NCBI RefSeq assembly: GCF_018350175.1
Contig: NC_058368.1
Span: 86,306,001-86,370,000, forward strand
Source of the DNA: Felis catus
Lineage: Eukaryota
Reading direction: 5' to 3'
DNA: 64,000 nucleotides
The position numbers and the translations under genes were made by a program. The notes under the pieces were generated by a model. The model did no database searches. It saw nothing but the letters and a program-made list of their open reading frames with translations, and was not told the DNA's origin. How positions within the stretch are numbered: position 1 is the stretch's first letter; the number at the start of each line of letters is the position of its first letter. Positions 1 to 13,099 of this stretch are shown here, piece by piece.

Positions 1-2600
1 TTGGAGGTTTTCCAGACTTTTTCCTGTGGTTGATTTCAAGCTTCATAGCATTGTGGTCTGAAAGTATGCAAGGTATAATTTCAATTCTTCTAAACTTATG
101 GAGGGCTGTTTTGTTACCCAGTATATGATCTATGTTGGAGAATGTTCCATGTGCACTCGAGAAGAAAGTATATTCTGTTGCTTTGGGATGCAGAGTTCTA
201 AATATATCCGTCAAGTCCATCTGATCCAATGTCTCATTCAGGGCCCTTGTTTCTTTATTGACAGTGTGTCTAGATGATCTATCCATTTCTGTGAGTGGAG
301 TGTTAAAGTCCCCTGCAATTACCACATTCTTATCAATAAGGTTGCTTATGTTTATGAGTAATTGTTTTATATATTTGGGGGCTCTGGTATTTGGCGCATA
401 GACATTTATAATTGTTAGGTCTTCCTGGTGGATAGACCCTGTAATTATTATATAATGCCATTCTTCATCTCTTGTTACAGCCTCTAATTTAAAGTCTAGT
501 TTGTCTGATATAATTATGGCTACTCCAGCTTTCTTTTGGCTTCCAGTAGCATGATAAATAGTTCTCTATCCCCTCACTCTAAATCTAAAGGTTTCCTCAG
601 GCCTAAAATGAGTCTCTTGTACACAGCAAATAGATGGGTCTTGTTTTTGTTATCCATTCTGATACCCTATATCTTTTGGTTGGCACATTTAATCCATTTA
701 CATTCATTGTTATTATAGAAAGATACAGGTTTAGAGTCATTGTGATGTCTGTAGGTTTCATGCTTGTAGCGACGTCTCTGGTACTTTGTCTCACAGGATC
801 CCCCTTAGGATCTCTTGTAGGACTGGTTTAGTGGTGACGAATTCCTTCAGTTGTTGTTTGTTTGGGAAGACCTTTATCTCTCCTTCTATTCTAAATGACA
901 GACTTGCTGGATAAAGGATTCTCAGCTGCATATTTTTCTGTTGAACACATTGAAGATCTCGTGCCAATCCTTTCTGGCCTGCCAAGTTTCAAAAGAGAGA
1001 TCAGTCAAGAGTCTTATAGGTCTCCCTTTATATGTTAGGGCACGTTTATCCTTTGCTGCTTTCAGAATTTTCTCTTTATCCTTGTATTTTGCCAGTTTCA
1101 CTATGATATGTCATGCAGAAGATTGATTCAAGTTACGTCTGAAGGGAGTTCTCTGTGCCTCTTGGATTTCAATGCCTTTTTCCTTCCCCAGTTCAGGGAA
1201 GTTTTCAGCTATGATTTCTTCAAGTACCCCTTCAGCACCTTTCCCTCTCTTTTCCTCCTCTGGGATACCAATTATGCGTATATTATTTCTTTTTAGTGTA
1301 TCACTTAGTTCTCTAATTTTCCCCTCATACTCCTGGATTTTTTTTTATCTCTCTTTTACTCAGCTTCCTCTTTTTCCATAATTTTATCTTCTAGTTCACC
1401 TATTCTCTCCTCTGCCTCTTCAATCCGAGCCGTTGTGGTTTCCATTTTATTTTGCATCTCATTTAAAGCGTTTTTCAACTTCTCCTGACTGTTCCTTAGT
1501 CCCTTGATCTCTGTAGCAAGAGATTCTCTGCTGTCCTCTATACTGTTTTCAAGCCCTGTGATTAATTTTATGACTATTATTCTAAATTCACTTTCTGTTA
1601 TATTATTTAAATCCTTTTTGATCAGTTCATTAGCTGTTGTTATTTCCTGGAGATTCTTTTGAGGGGAATTCTTCCTTTTGGTCATTTTGGATAGTCCCTG
1701 GAGTGGTGCGGACCTGCAGGGCACTTCCCCTGTGCTGTGGTGTATAACTGGAGTTGGTGGGCGGGGCTGCAGTCAGCCCTGATGTCTGCCCCCAGCCCAC
1801 CGCTGGGGCCACAGTCAGACTGGTGTGTGCCTTCTCTTCCCTTCTCTTAGGGGCGGGATTCACTGTGGGGTGGAGTGGCCCATCTGGGCTACTTGCACAC
1901 TGCCAGGCTTGTGGTGCTGGGGATCTGGCGTATTAGCTGTGGTGGGGAGGCAAGTTGCATGGGGGCAGGAGGGGCAGGCTTAGCTCGCTTCTCCTTCAGT
2001 TATCCACTTCAGGAGGGGCTTGTGACAGCGTGAGGGAGTCAGACCTGCTGCCAGAGGGGTGGCTCTGAAGAAGCACAGCATTGGGTGTTTGCACAGAGCA
2101 AGTTCCCTGGCAGGAACTGGTTCCCTTTGGGATTTTGGCTGGGGGATGGGCAAGGGAGATGGCGTGGCGAGCACCTTTATTCCCCGCCAGACTGAGCTCT
2201 GTAGTCCTGCAGCTCAGCAACTCTCCCTCCCTTTGTCCTCCAGCCTTCCCGCTTTCGGAGCAGAGCTGTTATCTTATGACCTCCCAGATGCTAAGTCCCA
2301 CTTGCTTCGGAACACACTCCATCTGGCCCCTCCACTTTTGCAAGCCAGACTTGGGGTCTCTGCTTGGCCAGGGAGCTGCCCCTCCGCCCCGGCTCCCTCC
2401 TGCCAATCCGTGCAGTGAGCACCGCCTCTCCGCCCTTCCTACCCTCTTCTGTGGGCCTCTCGTCTGCTCTTGGCTCTGGAGACTCCATTCTGCTAGTCTT
2501 CTGGTGGTTTTCTGGGTTATTTAGGCAGGCGTAGGTGGAATCTAAGTGATCAGCAGGACACGTGGTGAGCCCAGTGTCCTCCTACGTGGCTATCTTCTGA
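1..2600 (-). mobile_element. Felid-type LINE-1, 5' portion (5'UTR, ORF1, start of ORF2); runs off the left window edge
   Basis: Minus-strand ORF1p (MTKRKNSPQKNLQ...LQEILRGIL) and ORF2 endonuclease start (MTLNLYLSIITMNVNGLN, ATG at 740); GC-rich 5'UTR ~1690-2600. Confidence 0.95.
791..1685 (-). pseudogene. L1 ORF1p, disrupted by TAA at 1356-1358 plus a frameshift in the T9 run at 1338-1346
   Basis: ORF-track pieces 1356..1724 and 791..985 are the N- and C-terminal parts of ORF1p in different frames. Confidence 0.9.
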
Positions 2601-3948
2601 CTATCCTCAGAATTTTTCTTATTTTTTTTCTCATTTTTTCTCTTTTTTGTTTTTGTCTTTTTTCGTGAACACAGAAAAAGAAAAAAATCGCATTTATTTT
2701 AATTTTATTAAAATATTTTTCTTTAATTTTTTTCTACTATATTCTTTACTTTTGTGTATATTTTTTTCAAATTCTATTTTACCCCCATCATCTCAGTTTA
2801 GTCTACTTCAGTGTATTTATTTTTTCAAATTCTCAAACGATTTCCTTTTTCTTTCCCTTCCTCCCCTTTTTTTTCTCTCATCTGTCAAACCACTTTCAAC
2901 ACCCAGACCAAAACACACCTAAGATCCAGTATCATCTATTCAATTTTTGAGTGTGTGTGTGTTTAATTATTAATTTTAACTTTTTTTACCTTTATATTTT
3001 TTTTAATTTCAGTTTTTCTACCTCATTAAATCCTTTCTCCCTTCAAAATGACAAAACAAAGGAATTCACTCCCAAAGGAAGAGCACAAAAAATGACAGCC
3101 AGTGATTTAACAAACACAGATACAAGCAAAATGTCTGAACCAGAATTTAGAATCACAATAATAAGAATACTAGTTGAAGTAAAAAATAGATTAGAATCCC
3201 TTTCTGTGGAGATAAAATAAGTAAAAAATAGCCAGAATGAAATTAAAAAATTGTATAACTGAGCTGTAACCATGGGTGGATACAGCGGCAGCAAGGATGG
3301 ATGAGGCAGAACAGAGAATCAGCAATATAGAAGATAAACTTATAGAGAATAATGAAGCAAAAAAAAAAAAAAGAGGGGGTGTTAGGCAAAAGAGAACGAT
3401 ATAAGAATTAGAGAAATCAGTGACTCATTAAAAAGGAACATCAGAATCATAGGGGTCCTAGAAGAGGAAGAGAGAGAAATAGTGGTAGAAGGGTTATGTG
3501 AGCAAATCAGAGCGAAAAATGTTCCTAACCTGGGGAAAGACGCAGACATCAAAATCCAGGAAGCACAGGTGACCCCCATTAGATTCAACAAAAACCAACC
3601 ATTAACAAGGCATATCATAGTCCAATTCAGAAAATACTCAGGCAAGGAGGGAATCATGAAAGTAGCAAGGGAAAATAAGTCCCTAACACATATGGGAAGA
3701 CAGATCAGGTTTGCAGCAACCTATCCACAGAAACTTGGCAGACCATAAAAGAGTGGCAGGATATATTCAGTGTGCTAAATCAGAAGAATATGCAGCCAAG
3801 AATTCTTTATCCAGCAAGGCTGTCACTGAAAACAGAAGGAGAGATAAAAAGTTTCCCAGACAAACAAAAATTAAAGGAGTTTGTGACCACTAAACCAGCC
3901 CTGCAAGTAATTTTAAGGGGGACTCTCTGAGGGGAGAAAATATGAATA

Positions 3949-4001
<53 letters not shown>
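3949..4001. repeat. (TG)n(TA)n microsatellite in the L1 inter-ORF spacer
   Basis: Direct reading. Confidence 0.95.
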
Positions 4002-4003
<2 letters not shown>

Positions 4004-4322
4004 AAAACAACAAAGATTAGAAAGGACCAGAGAACACCACCAGAAAATCCAACTCTACATCATCATAATGGCAATAAATTCATAACTTTCACTACTCACT
4101 TTAAATGTCAATGGACTCAATGCTCCAATTAAAAGACATAGGGTAACAGAATGGATAAGAAAACAACATCCATTTATATTCTATTTACAAGAGACCCATT
4201 TTAGACCTAAAGTCACCTTCAGACTAAAAGTAAGGGGATTGAGAACCATCTATCATGCTAATGGCCAACAAAAGAATGCCGGGTAGCTATACTTAAACAA
4301 TATACACTTTAAAATAAAGACT

Positions 4323-4560
4323 AGGGTGCCTGGGTGGCTCAGTTGGTTAAGCGTTGGACTTTGGCTCAGGTCATGATTTCACGGTCTGTGAGTTCAAGCC
4401 CCGAGTCCAGCTCTGTGCTGACAGCTGACAGCCTGGAGCCTGCTTAGGATTCTGTGTCTCCCTCTCTCTCTGATCTTCCCCTGTTCGTGCTCTGTCTCTC
4501 TCTGTGTCAAAAATAAATAAATAATGAACAAAATTTCATAAATAAATAAATAAGTAAATA
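4323..4560 (+). mobile_element. Can-SINE inserted in L1 ORF2
   Basis: gggtgcctgggtggctcagttggttaag head, (CT)n, AATAAA tail. Confidence 0.93.
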
Positions 4561-7500
4561 GACTGTATCAAGAGATGCAGAAGGGCATTATATCATAATC
4601 AAGGGGTCTATCCACCAAGAAGACCTAACAATTGCAAACATTTATGCACCAATTGTGAAAGCACCCAAATATATAAATGAATTAATCACAAACATAAAGA
4701 AACTCATTGACAGTAATACCATAATAGTAGGAGATTTCAACACCCCACTCACAGCAATGGACAGATCATCTAATCAAAAAATTAATAAGGAAACAATGGC
4801 TTTGAATGACACACTGGACCAGAAGGACTTAAAAGATATATTCAGAATATTTCATCCTAAGCAGCAGAATATACATTCTTCTCCAGTGCACATGGAACAT
4901 TCTCCAGATTAGACCATATACTGGGACACAAATTAGCCCTAAGTAAGTACAAAAAATTGAGATAATACTGCACATATACTCAGACCACAATGCTATGAAA
5001 CTCGAAATCAACCACAAGAAAAAATTTGGAAAGGTAACAAATACTTGGAGACTGAACAACATCCTACTAAAGAATGAATGGGCTAACCAAGCAGTTAAAG
5101 AGGTTATTAAAAAGTATATGGAAGTCAATGAAATTGATAACACCACAACACAAAACCTCTGGGATGCAGCAAAGGTGATCATAAGAGGAAAGTATATAGC
5201 AACCTAGGCCTTCTTAACGAAGAAGAAAGATCTCAGATACACAAGCTAACCTTAAGCCTTAAGGAGCTGAAAAAAGAGCAGCAAGTAAAACCCGAAAACA
5301 GCAGAAGAAAGGAAATAATAAAGATTAGAGCAGAAATTAATACTATCGAAACCAATAAAACAGAACAGATCAATGAAACCAGAGGCTGGTTCTTTGAAAA
5401 AATTAACAAAATTGATAAGCCACTAGCCAGTTTGATCAAAAAGAAAAAGGAAAGGACCCAATTAAATAAAATGAGGAATGAAAGAGGAGAGATCACACCC
5501 AACACAGCAGAAATAAAAACAATAAGAGAATATTATGAGCAATTATAAACAATAGAATGGGCAACCTGGAAGAAATGGACAAATTCCTAGAAACATATAC
5601 ATGACCAAAACTGAAACAGGAAGAAATAGAAAATTTGAACAAACCCATAACCAATAAGGAACTACAATTAGTAATTGAAAATCTGCCAAAAAAATAAGAG
5701 TCCAGGGCCAGATGGCTTTCCAGGGGAATTCTACCCAACATTTAAGGAAAAGTTAACACCTATTCTCTTGAAGGTGTTCCAAAAAATAGAAATGGAAGGA
5801 AAACTTCCAAACTTTTTCAATGAAGTCAGCATTACCTTGAATTCAAAACCAAACAGAAACCACACTAAAAAGGACAACTATAGACCAATTTCCCTGAGGA
5901 ACATGGATGCAACAATCCTCAATAAGATATTAGCCAAGCAGATGCAACAACACATTAAAAAAATTATTCACCACAACCAAGTGGGATTTATACCTGGGAT
6001 GCAGGACTGGTTCAATATCTGCAAAACAATTAACGTTATTCATCACATCAATAAAAGAAAGGACAGGCACTATATGATTCTCTCAATAGATGCAGAGAAA
6101 GCATTTGACAAAATACATCCTTTCTTGAATAAAAACAATCAAGAAAGTAAGAATAGAAGGAGCATACTTCAAGATCATAAAAGCCATTTATGACCCAATG
6201 CTAATATCATCCTCAATGGGGAAAAACTGAGAGCTTTCCCCCTAAGGTCAGGAACAAGACAGGGATGTCCACTCTCACCACTGTTATTCAACATAGTATT
6301 GGAAGTCTTAACCTCTGCAATCTGACAACACAAAGAAATGAAAGGCATCCAAATCGGCCAGGAGAAAGTCAAATTTTCACTCTTCACAGATGACATGATA
6401 CTCTATATGGATCACCTGAAAGATTCCACCAAAAAACTGCTAGAATTGATTCATGAATTCAGCAAAGTCACAGGATATATAACCAACGCACAGAAATTGG
6501 TTGCATTCCTATACACCAACAATGAAGCAACAGAGAGAGAAATCAAGGAATTGATCCCATTTACAGTTGCACCAAACACCATAAAATGCCTGTGAATAAA
6601 TCTAACCAAAGAGGTGAAAAATCTATACACTGAAAACTATAGAAAGCTTATGAAAGAAATTGAAGAAGACACAAAAAAATGGAAAAAAAGATTCCATGCT
6701 CCTGGATACGAAGAACACATATTGTTATTGATACTACCCAAAGCAATCTACATATTCAATGCAATCCCTATCAAAGTAACACCAGCATTCTTCACAGAGC
6801 TAGAACAAATAATTCTAAAATTTGTATGGAACCAGAAAAGACCCCGAATAGCCAATGAAATCTTGAAAAAGGAAACCAAAGCATGAGGCATCACAATCCC
6901 AGACATCAAACTGTACTACAAAGCTGTAGTCATCAAGACAGTATGATACTGGCACAAGGACAGAGACTCAGATCAATGGAACAGAATAGAGAATCCAGAA
7001 ATGTACCCACAAACGTATGGCCAACTCATTTCCTGACAAAGCAGGAAAGAATATCCAATGGAATAAAAACAGTCTCAAAACTCAAAATGGATAGAAGTCC
7101 TCAGTGTAAGACAGGAAGCCATCAAATCCTTGAGGAGAAAGTAGGCAAAAACCTCTTTGATCTTGGCCGCAGCAACTTCTTACTCAACATGTGTCCAGAG
7201 GCAAGGGAAACAAAAGAAAAAATGAACTACTAGGACCTCACAAAAATAAAAAGCTTCTGCACAGCAAAGGAAACAATCAGCAAAACTAAAAGTCAACCAA
7301 CAAAATGGGAGAAGATTTTTGCAAACGACATATCAGATAAAGGGTTAGCATCCAAAATCTATAAAGAACTCATCAAACTCAACACCCAAAAACCAAATAA
7401 TCCAGTGAAGAAATGGGCAAAAGACATGAAGAGACACTTATCCAAAGAAGACATCCAGATGGCCAACTGACACATGAAAATAATGCTCAACATCAGTCGT

Positions 7501-8242
7501 CATCAGGGAAATACAAATCAAAAGCAGAATGAGATACCACCTGACACCTGTCAGAATGGCTAACATTAACAACTCAGGCCACAACAGATGTTGGCGAGGA
7601 TGCAGAGAAAGAGGATCTCTTTTGCATTGTTGGTGGCAATGCAAACTGGTGCAGCCACTCTGGAAAACAGTCTGGAGGTTCCTCAAAAGACTAAAAATAG
7701 AAGTACCATATGACCCAGGAGTTGCACTACTAGGCATTTATCCACGGGATACAGGTGTGCTGTTTCGAAGGGACACATGCACCCCCATGTTTATAGAAGC
7801 ACGGTCAACAATAGCTTAAGTATGGAAAGAGCCCAAATGTCCATCGATGGATGAATGGATAAAGAAGATGTGGTATATATATACAATGGAGTATTATTTG
7901 GCAACCAAAAAGAATAAAATCTTGCCATTTGCAACTACATGGATGGAACTGGAGGGTATTATGCTAAGTGAAATCAGTTAGAGAAAGACAAAAATCCTAT
8001 GACTTCACTCATATGAGGACTTTAAGAGACAAAACAGATGAACATAAGGGAAGGGAAACAAAAATAAAATATAAACAGGGAGGGGGACAAAACAGAAGAG
8101 ATTCATAAATATGGAGAACAAACTGAGGGTTACTGGAGGGGTTGTGGGAAGGGGGATATACTAAATGGTAAGGGGCACTAAGGAATCTACTCCTGAAATC
8201 ACTGTTGCACTATATGCTAACTAATTTGGATGTATTTTTTAA

Positions 8243-8301
<59 letters not shown>

Positions 8302-8433
8302 ATAAAAATCTACCTCACCAAAATTAATGTAAAAAATAAATAAAATTTTGACTTAATGTTCTCATATATGTATACACTGTTAAATAATCACAACAAACCA
8401 GCTAATTAATATATCCGTCAACTTACACAGTTG

Positions 8434-8451
8434 TCTTCTTTTCTTTCTTTC

Positions 8452-8491
<40 letters not shown>

Positions 8492-8605
8492 TCCTTCCTT
8501 CTTTCTTCCCTTCTTTGTTTTTTATCCTTTCTTCTCCTTCTTCTCCTTATTCTACCCCTCCTCCCCCTCCTCCTCCCCGTCCTCTTCCTCCTCTTCCTTC
8601 TTCTT
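8434..8605. repeat. (TTTC)n / CT-rich polypyrimidine tract
   Basis: Direct reading; homologous (GAAA)n at ~59610-59730. Confidence 0.95.
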
Positions 8606-9276
8606 GGTTTCCTAGTGAGATCACTTAAGATTAACCCTTGTAGAAAATGTCCAGCATACAATAAAGTACCATTAACAATATTCACATTGTAGAAGAAATC
8701 TCCAGCTTTTATTCATCTTGCATAATGGAAATTTTATAGCCTTTGACCCAAATCTCCCCACATACTGTTACAAATGGAAGTATTTTCTTTTTCAATATTT
8801 TCTCATCCATCCATTTGTTGATTAGCATTATGGTTCTTTCCATATCTTACCTATTGCAGGTAATGCTGCAATAATCATAAGAGTGCATATAATTCTTCAA
8901 GATATGGATTTCACTACCTTTGGATATAAACTTGAATTGGGATTGTAAAATCATGTATTATTTCTATTCTTTTTATTTTTTTAGAAACTCCCATACTCTT
9001 GTATATAGTGGCTGTACCAGTTTACATTTCCACCAGCAATGCACAGATATCCACTTTTGTCTACATTCTGAACAATACTTATTATCTTTTGTCGTTTTGA
9101 TAATAGCCATGAGTCACTTAATTGCCAGACAGGGTAGGAAATGGTAACCGCACTACTGTCCATGCTGTTAAGTTGGAAGGAGAATGTAAACCTTGGTTCT
9201 CACAAACCTCTCCATCCCAGAGACAGTTTCAGCAGCTTCTCTACCATTTGTAGAAATTCAAGTCCTGAAACTTTTA

Positions 9277-9665
9277 TGATGAGGAAAACAAAGGCAGAAA
9301 GAATGGAACCAAAAGGAATTACCTTAAAAAAATGGGTCCTGCAGATGCACGTCTGAAACATACAGAAGATGACATTTCTAAAGGGTCTCATGACTGATGT
9401 GTTAGTAGATAATAAAAGGTAATCTTATGTTGACAATAGCCAGACCTACAAAGTTTTTTAAACTTCATTTTCAACACACAAATTCTCTAGAGTTACTTAT
9501 CCTTAACCAAAGTAATGAAATATAGATAATCAGTCACTCCTCACAATCAGAAGTGCAACTCTTTCTGCCCATTCATCCTGTACCTGTACTTTAATAAAAA
9601 CATCCTTTTGCACTGAAAACATGTCAAGAATTCTTCCTAATCTTTTGATTGATGGCCCCACATCA
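9277..9665 (+). mobile_element. Probable solo ERV LTR (mate at ~58387-58777, minus)
   Basis: TGATG...CATCA inverted termini, AATAAA at ~9592 followed by a U5-like tail. Confidence 0.6.
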
Positions 9666-11261
9666 TTTTACATTGTATGTGCATTTATAAGTTGTGTTTA
9701 TTTTCTGCCCTAGGGCAGAAAAATCAGTTCAAGGTCCCTTAGTAGTGTCCTGGTTGACTATATTTCATAGCATTGTGGAATGGGAGGTTCCTTTGTTACC
9801 AAGTCTCCATCTTTCTTTTCATTCTGTATATGGTCTTTCTATCTTTTGAAGTGTAGATGTTGTTCACTCAACCCACATTTCTTCAGGAGGAATTTCTTTA
9901 AATACGTTTGTAGAATTGCTGTGGAAGGGAGGAAGTGAGTCCAGAGTATACCTGGATCACCTTATTAGAAAAGAACTCGAGGCTGTCTTTTCTTTTCTTT
10001 TCTTTTCTTTTCTTTTCTTTTCTTTTCTTTTCTTTTCTTTTCTTCAAAATAACTAATTGTGGATTTCAGGGAAAATGGCAGAGTAGGAGGATCCTAAACT
10101 CACCTTGTGCTATGGACACAACTAGAAAACACTCATTTTTGTGTAAACAACCCATAAAAGGGCCAAAACACTGGCAGAACAAACCACAACTAAATGTAGA
10201 GAAGAGGCTACATCAGAAAAAGTAGGAGGAGCAAAGATATTATCTGTAGCTAAACATAACGACAAGACTTTATGTGGGAGTGAAGGACACTACAGACACT
10301 GTGAGAGAAGAGAAAAAGACCCACACAATGGGGAAGCCACACAGGTCTGTGGAAGTGGTGTCAGTTCTAACGTCATAAGCAAACCAAAGTACACCGAGGA
10401 AAAACTTGTCACCTCCAGGCAAGAGACCAAACACTGCCCGCACCTGGCAAGGAGAGCCTCTGCAGATGACTTGTCTCAAGGACAGATCGGCCAAAACAAA
10501 ACAGCAGAGTGCAAAAAGCACACAACCATTTATAACTGCACCAAGTGCCATTATATATCTAGGAACAAACTTAACCAAAGAGGTGAAATGCCTGTACTCT
10601 GAAAAATATAAAACACTGATGAGAGAAATTGAAGATGATACAAACTAATGGAAAGGCATTTCATGCTCATGAATTGGAAAATAAATATTGTTAAAACGTC
10701 TAAACTGCCCAAAGGAATCTACACATTTAATGCACTCCCAATGAAAATACAACCAATACTCACACAGCTAGAATAACTCTAAAACTGGTATTGAACCACA
10801 AAAGAGCCCAAATGGCTAGAGAAATCTGGGAAATAAATAAATAAATAAATAAATAAATAAAGCAAAACTGGAGATATCACAATTCCAGAATTACAGACTT
10901 CAAGTTATTACAAAGTGGTATTTATCAAGCTACTATAGTAGTGTTACAAAAACAGACACACATATCAGTGGAAGAGAATAGAAACCCAGAAGTGAAATCA
11001 CAAATATATGGTCAATTAATCTTCAACAAAACAGGGAAGAATATCCAGTGGAAAAAAGACAGTCACTTCTACAATTGGTGTCTGGAGAACTGGATAGCTA
11101 CATTCACAAGAATGAAACTGGACTACTTCTCACATAATACACAAACATATTTCAAAACAAATTAAAGGGCTAAATGTGATAGGAAGCCATTAAAATCCTA
11201 GAGGAGAAGAGTACAGTCAGTAACTTCTTGGATTTCAGCCTTAGCAAGGTCATTTTCTAAA

Positions 11262-11468
11262 TGTATTTTTTAATGTTTATTTATTTTTGAGAGAGAGAGA
11301 GAGAGTAAGCAGGGAAGGGGCAGAGAAAGAGGGAGCACAGAATTGGAAGGAGGATCCAGGTTCCAGGCTGTCAGCACAGAGTCTGATGTGGGAGTTGAAC
11401 TCACGGACTGTGAGATCATGAACTGAGCCAAAGACGGATGCTTAACCAACTGAGCCACCCAGGTGAGC
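11262..11468 (-). mobile_element. Can-SINE, same insertion point as 56620-56835 in the mate arm
   Basis: Reverse-complement SINE body, tttattt tail. Confidence 0.92.
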
Positions 11469-12397
11469 CAAAAAAGTCATTTTACTAAATATATCTTCTG
11501 ATGTAAGGGAAACAAAAGCAACTAAACAAAATAAACTATTGGGATTTCATCAAAAGAAAAAAGTTTCTGCACAGTGAAGAAAGCAATCGACACAAGTAAA
11601 AGGCACCTATAGTTGAGAGAAGTTGTTTGCAAATGAAATATCTGATAAAGGGTTAGTATCCAAAAAATGTAATGAACTTATGAAAGTCAACATCTAAAAA
11701 CTTAATAATTTAATTCAAATGGGCTGAAGACAGGAACAGACATTTTTTTTCCAAAAGAAAAGAAAAAAAGACATCCAGATGGCCAACAGAGACATGAAAG
11801 ATTCTCAACAATCAAAAGTACAATGAAATGTCACCTCACTTTTGTCAGAACAGCTAAAATCAATAGCATAAGGAACAACATGTATTGGCCAGGATGTGGA
11901 GAAAGGGGAATTCCCTTGCACTGTTAGTGGGAAGGCACACTGGTCAGCTACTCTGGAAAACAGTATGGGGGCTCTTCAAAAATGAGAGAGGGAAACAAGT
12001 CAGAATAGATTCTGAATGATAAAGACAAAACTGAGGGTTGATGGATGGAGGTGGGTGGGGGATGGGCTAGATGTGTGATGAGTATTAAAGAGGGCAATTG
12101 TTGTAATTAGCTCGGGTGTTGTATGCAAGTGTATGAATTAATTCTACTCCAGGAACCAACAGTGCACTGTGTATTAACTAAAATTTTATAAATAAATAAA
12201 TAAGTATTAAGTGAAAAACGGAATTACCCTATGATGGGTAGTACTCATTGTACTACTCTGCATTTGCACAAAGAAAATAAAAATACTAATTCAGGGGTTA
12301 TATGCACTCCAAAGATTGTAGCAGCAGTATCTACAATAGCCAAATTATGGAAACAGCCCATGTGACCACTGGCTTATAAATAGATAAATAATGCATA

Positions 12398-12670
12398 GTA
12401 TTATATATATAATATATATTATATATATTTATACATTATACTTATCCACATTTATTTATTTATATTTATATATAATATATATTTTAATACATTTATTTAT
12501 ATATTATATAAATTTATATATTATATTATATATAAATTATATATAAAATTTATATATTATATATAATATATTTATATATTATATAAATATATATTTATAA
12601 TATATATAATATAATATATACAAATATATACATTTTGTGTATATATACACATATATGTATATATATGTAA
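12398..12670. repeat. AT-rich low-complexity expansion inside an L1 3' region
   Basis: Almost pure A/T degenerate (TA)n; the mate arm has only a short tract near 55690. Confidence 0.9.
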
Positions 12671-13099
12671 TATTACTCAGTCATAAAACACAAGATAATT
12701 TATTTGCAGTGGCATGGATGGAGCTGCAGACTATAATGCTAAGCAAAATTAGTCAGAGAATAACAAATACCAGATAATTTCACTCATATGTAGAACTTAA
12801 GAAAAAGAAACAAAGAAAAATAAAAAGAAAACAAAGAGTAAAAAAACGAGAGAGAGGGAAACAAAAAAGATTCTTAACTGTAGAGAACAAATGGATAGTT
12901 ATCATAAGGAAATTGGGCAGGGTAATGGGTTAAATAAGTAATGGAGAATAAGAAGTGGACTTGTGATGAGCGCCAGGTGTTGTATGGAAGTGTTTATCAC
13001 TATACCACATACCTTAAAGTAAAATTACACTGTATATTCACTAATGGAAATTTAAATAAAGACTTTTCATAAAACAAAAGTAGTACCAAAATAACCACA

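Larger units (their letters stand above)
2610..8245 (+). mobile_element. Near full-length degraded carnivore LINE-1 (ORF1 ~3048-3930, ORF2 ~4068-8016, 3'UTR); lacks the GC-rich 5' promoter part
   Basis: EN motif IIVGDFNTPL; RT motifs [33 protein letters not shown]-terminal [17 protein letters not shown]; many stops/frameshifts; ~90 bp internal deletion near 7075. Confidence 0.95.
10068..13060 (+). mobile_element. Composite carnivore L1: 5'UTR joined directly to late ORF2, plus nested L1 3' ends
   Basis: 5' start ggaaaatggcagagtaggaggatcc; switch to ORF2 (PFITAPSAIIYLGTNLTKEVK) at ~10520; 3'UTR/A-tails at ~12190 and ~13060. Confidence 0.8.

Noticed and set aside
5675..6595. Reverse transcriptase ORFs as a novel RT system
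   Set aside because: Ordinary fragmented L1 ORF2 with stops and frameshifts
8380..8685. Arg/Lys-rich and Phe/Ser-rich ORFs (also 35572, 59522)
   Set aside because: Microsatellite-derived low-complexity translations
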